A stretch of 64,000 nt of DNA from Bradymonadia bacterium (lineage in GTDB: Bacteria > Myxococcota_A > Bradymonadia > UBA7976 > UBA1532), in NCBI GenBank assembly GCA_046290225.1, contig JBKAGE010000034.1, forward strand, positions 224,001-288,000. Reading direction: 5' to 3'. The position numbers were made by a program, and so were the translations under genes. This document shows, in pieces, positions 63,531 to 64,000 of this stretch; the first letter of the stretch is position 1; every line of letters starts with the position of its first letter. Under the pieces are notes generated by a model that saw only the letters and a list, made by a program, of their open reading frames with translations, was not told the origin of the DNA and searched no databases.

Positions 63531-64000
63531 TTACTCGTCGTCTTCGTCGAAGGCCTCTTTGAAGTCGTCGTTCGACTTCATCAGCTCTTGAATGCTCTTG
63601 GGCTGCCCGCCCCCGGCCTCGTCATCCTCATCTTCGTCGTCCTCGTCTTCGTCGTCCTCATCGTCTTCGTCCATGGCGTCGTCGAAGGCGTTGTTGGACT
63701 TCATCAGATCCTGAATGCTCTGACCGCCGTTGGCGGGCTTGCCAGCCCCGTCATCGTCGTCGTCATCGAGATCGTCATCATCGTCGTCCTCGAGGGCGCC
63801 ATCGTCGTCCGACACCACCTTGACGTCCTGTGCATCTGGGAAGGCCACGAAGAACGATTCCCCATTCAGAGCGCGAACAGGCCCCAGAGAGATCGTGGGG
63901 ACGTAGGTGATGATCAGACACGCTGCGAGCAGCAGCCCGGTAAAGGGGATCACCGAACGCACCACTGATCCGATGGACTGTTGGAATATGCTCGAAGACA
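63531..64000 (-). CDS. dctM: TRAP transporter large permease, C-terminal part with acidic tail (gene starts beyond the window)
   Basis: SSIFQQSIGSVVRSVIPF..LIITYVPTISL resembles the DctM C-terminus. Confidence 0.7.
   Translation of the reverse strand, partial: SSSIFQQSIGSVVRSVIPFTGLLLAACLIITYVPTISLGPVRALNGESFFVAFPDAQDVKVVSDDDGALEDDDDDDLDDDDDDGAGKPANGGQSIQDLMKSNNAFDDAMDEDDEDDEDEDDEDEDDEAGGGQPKSIQELMKSNDDFKEAFDEDDE

Overview
GC-rich bacterial chromosomal window. The gene content suggests a Myxococcota/deltaproteobacterial lineage (inference). From left to right it contains: the 3' end of enolase; a three-gene orphan module ending in a DUF4157 (eCIS-associated) protein; a ~340-bp long inverted repeat with (GGGCAC)n arms; trmI; a low-GC HNH-like gene with its own sigma70 promoter; a PEGA / kelch lipoprotein / ~4,800-aa giant protein cluster (DUF11 repeats, OmpA-like domain, putative beta-barrel); a signalling block (HAMP kinase, TPR lipoprotein, FHA-GAF-cyclase, STAND-like ATPase-TPR, sigma54 response regulator); a sigma54-driven type II secretion operon gspC-N; an Slt transglycosylase; a cytochrome c maturation cluster with a CxxxY-type CcmE; moaA; and the end of a TRAP large permease. 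The most unusual observation is that the T2SS operon carries extra, translationally coupled genes built from T2SS parts. These are a secreted chimera of the GspD N0 domain and the GspC PDZ domain, a signal peptidase II (LspA) fused in frame to a GspG-type pseudopilin domain, a second gspG, and a ~46-residue mini-pilin. No rRNA, tRNA, CRISPR array or transposase was recognised. All family calls are by-eye motif recognition; no database search was run.
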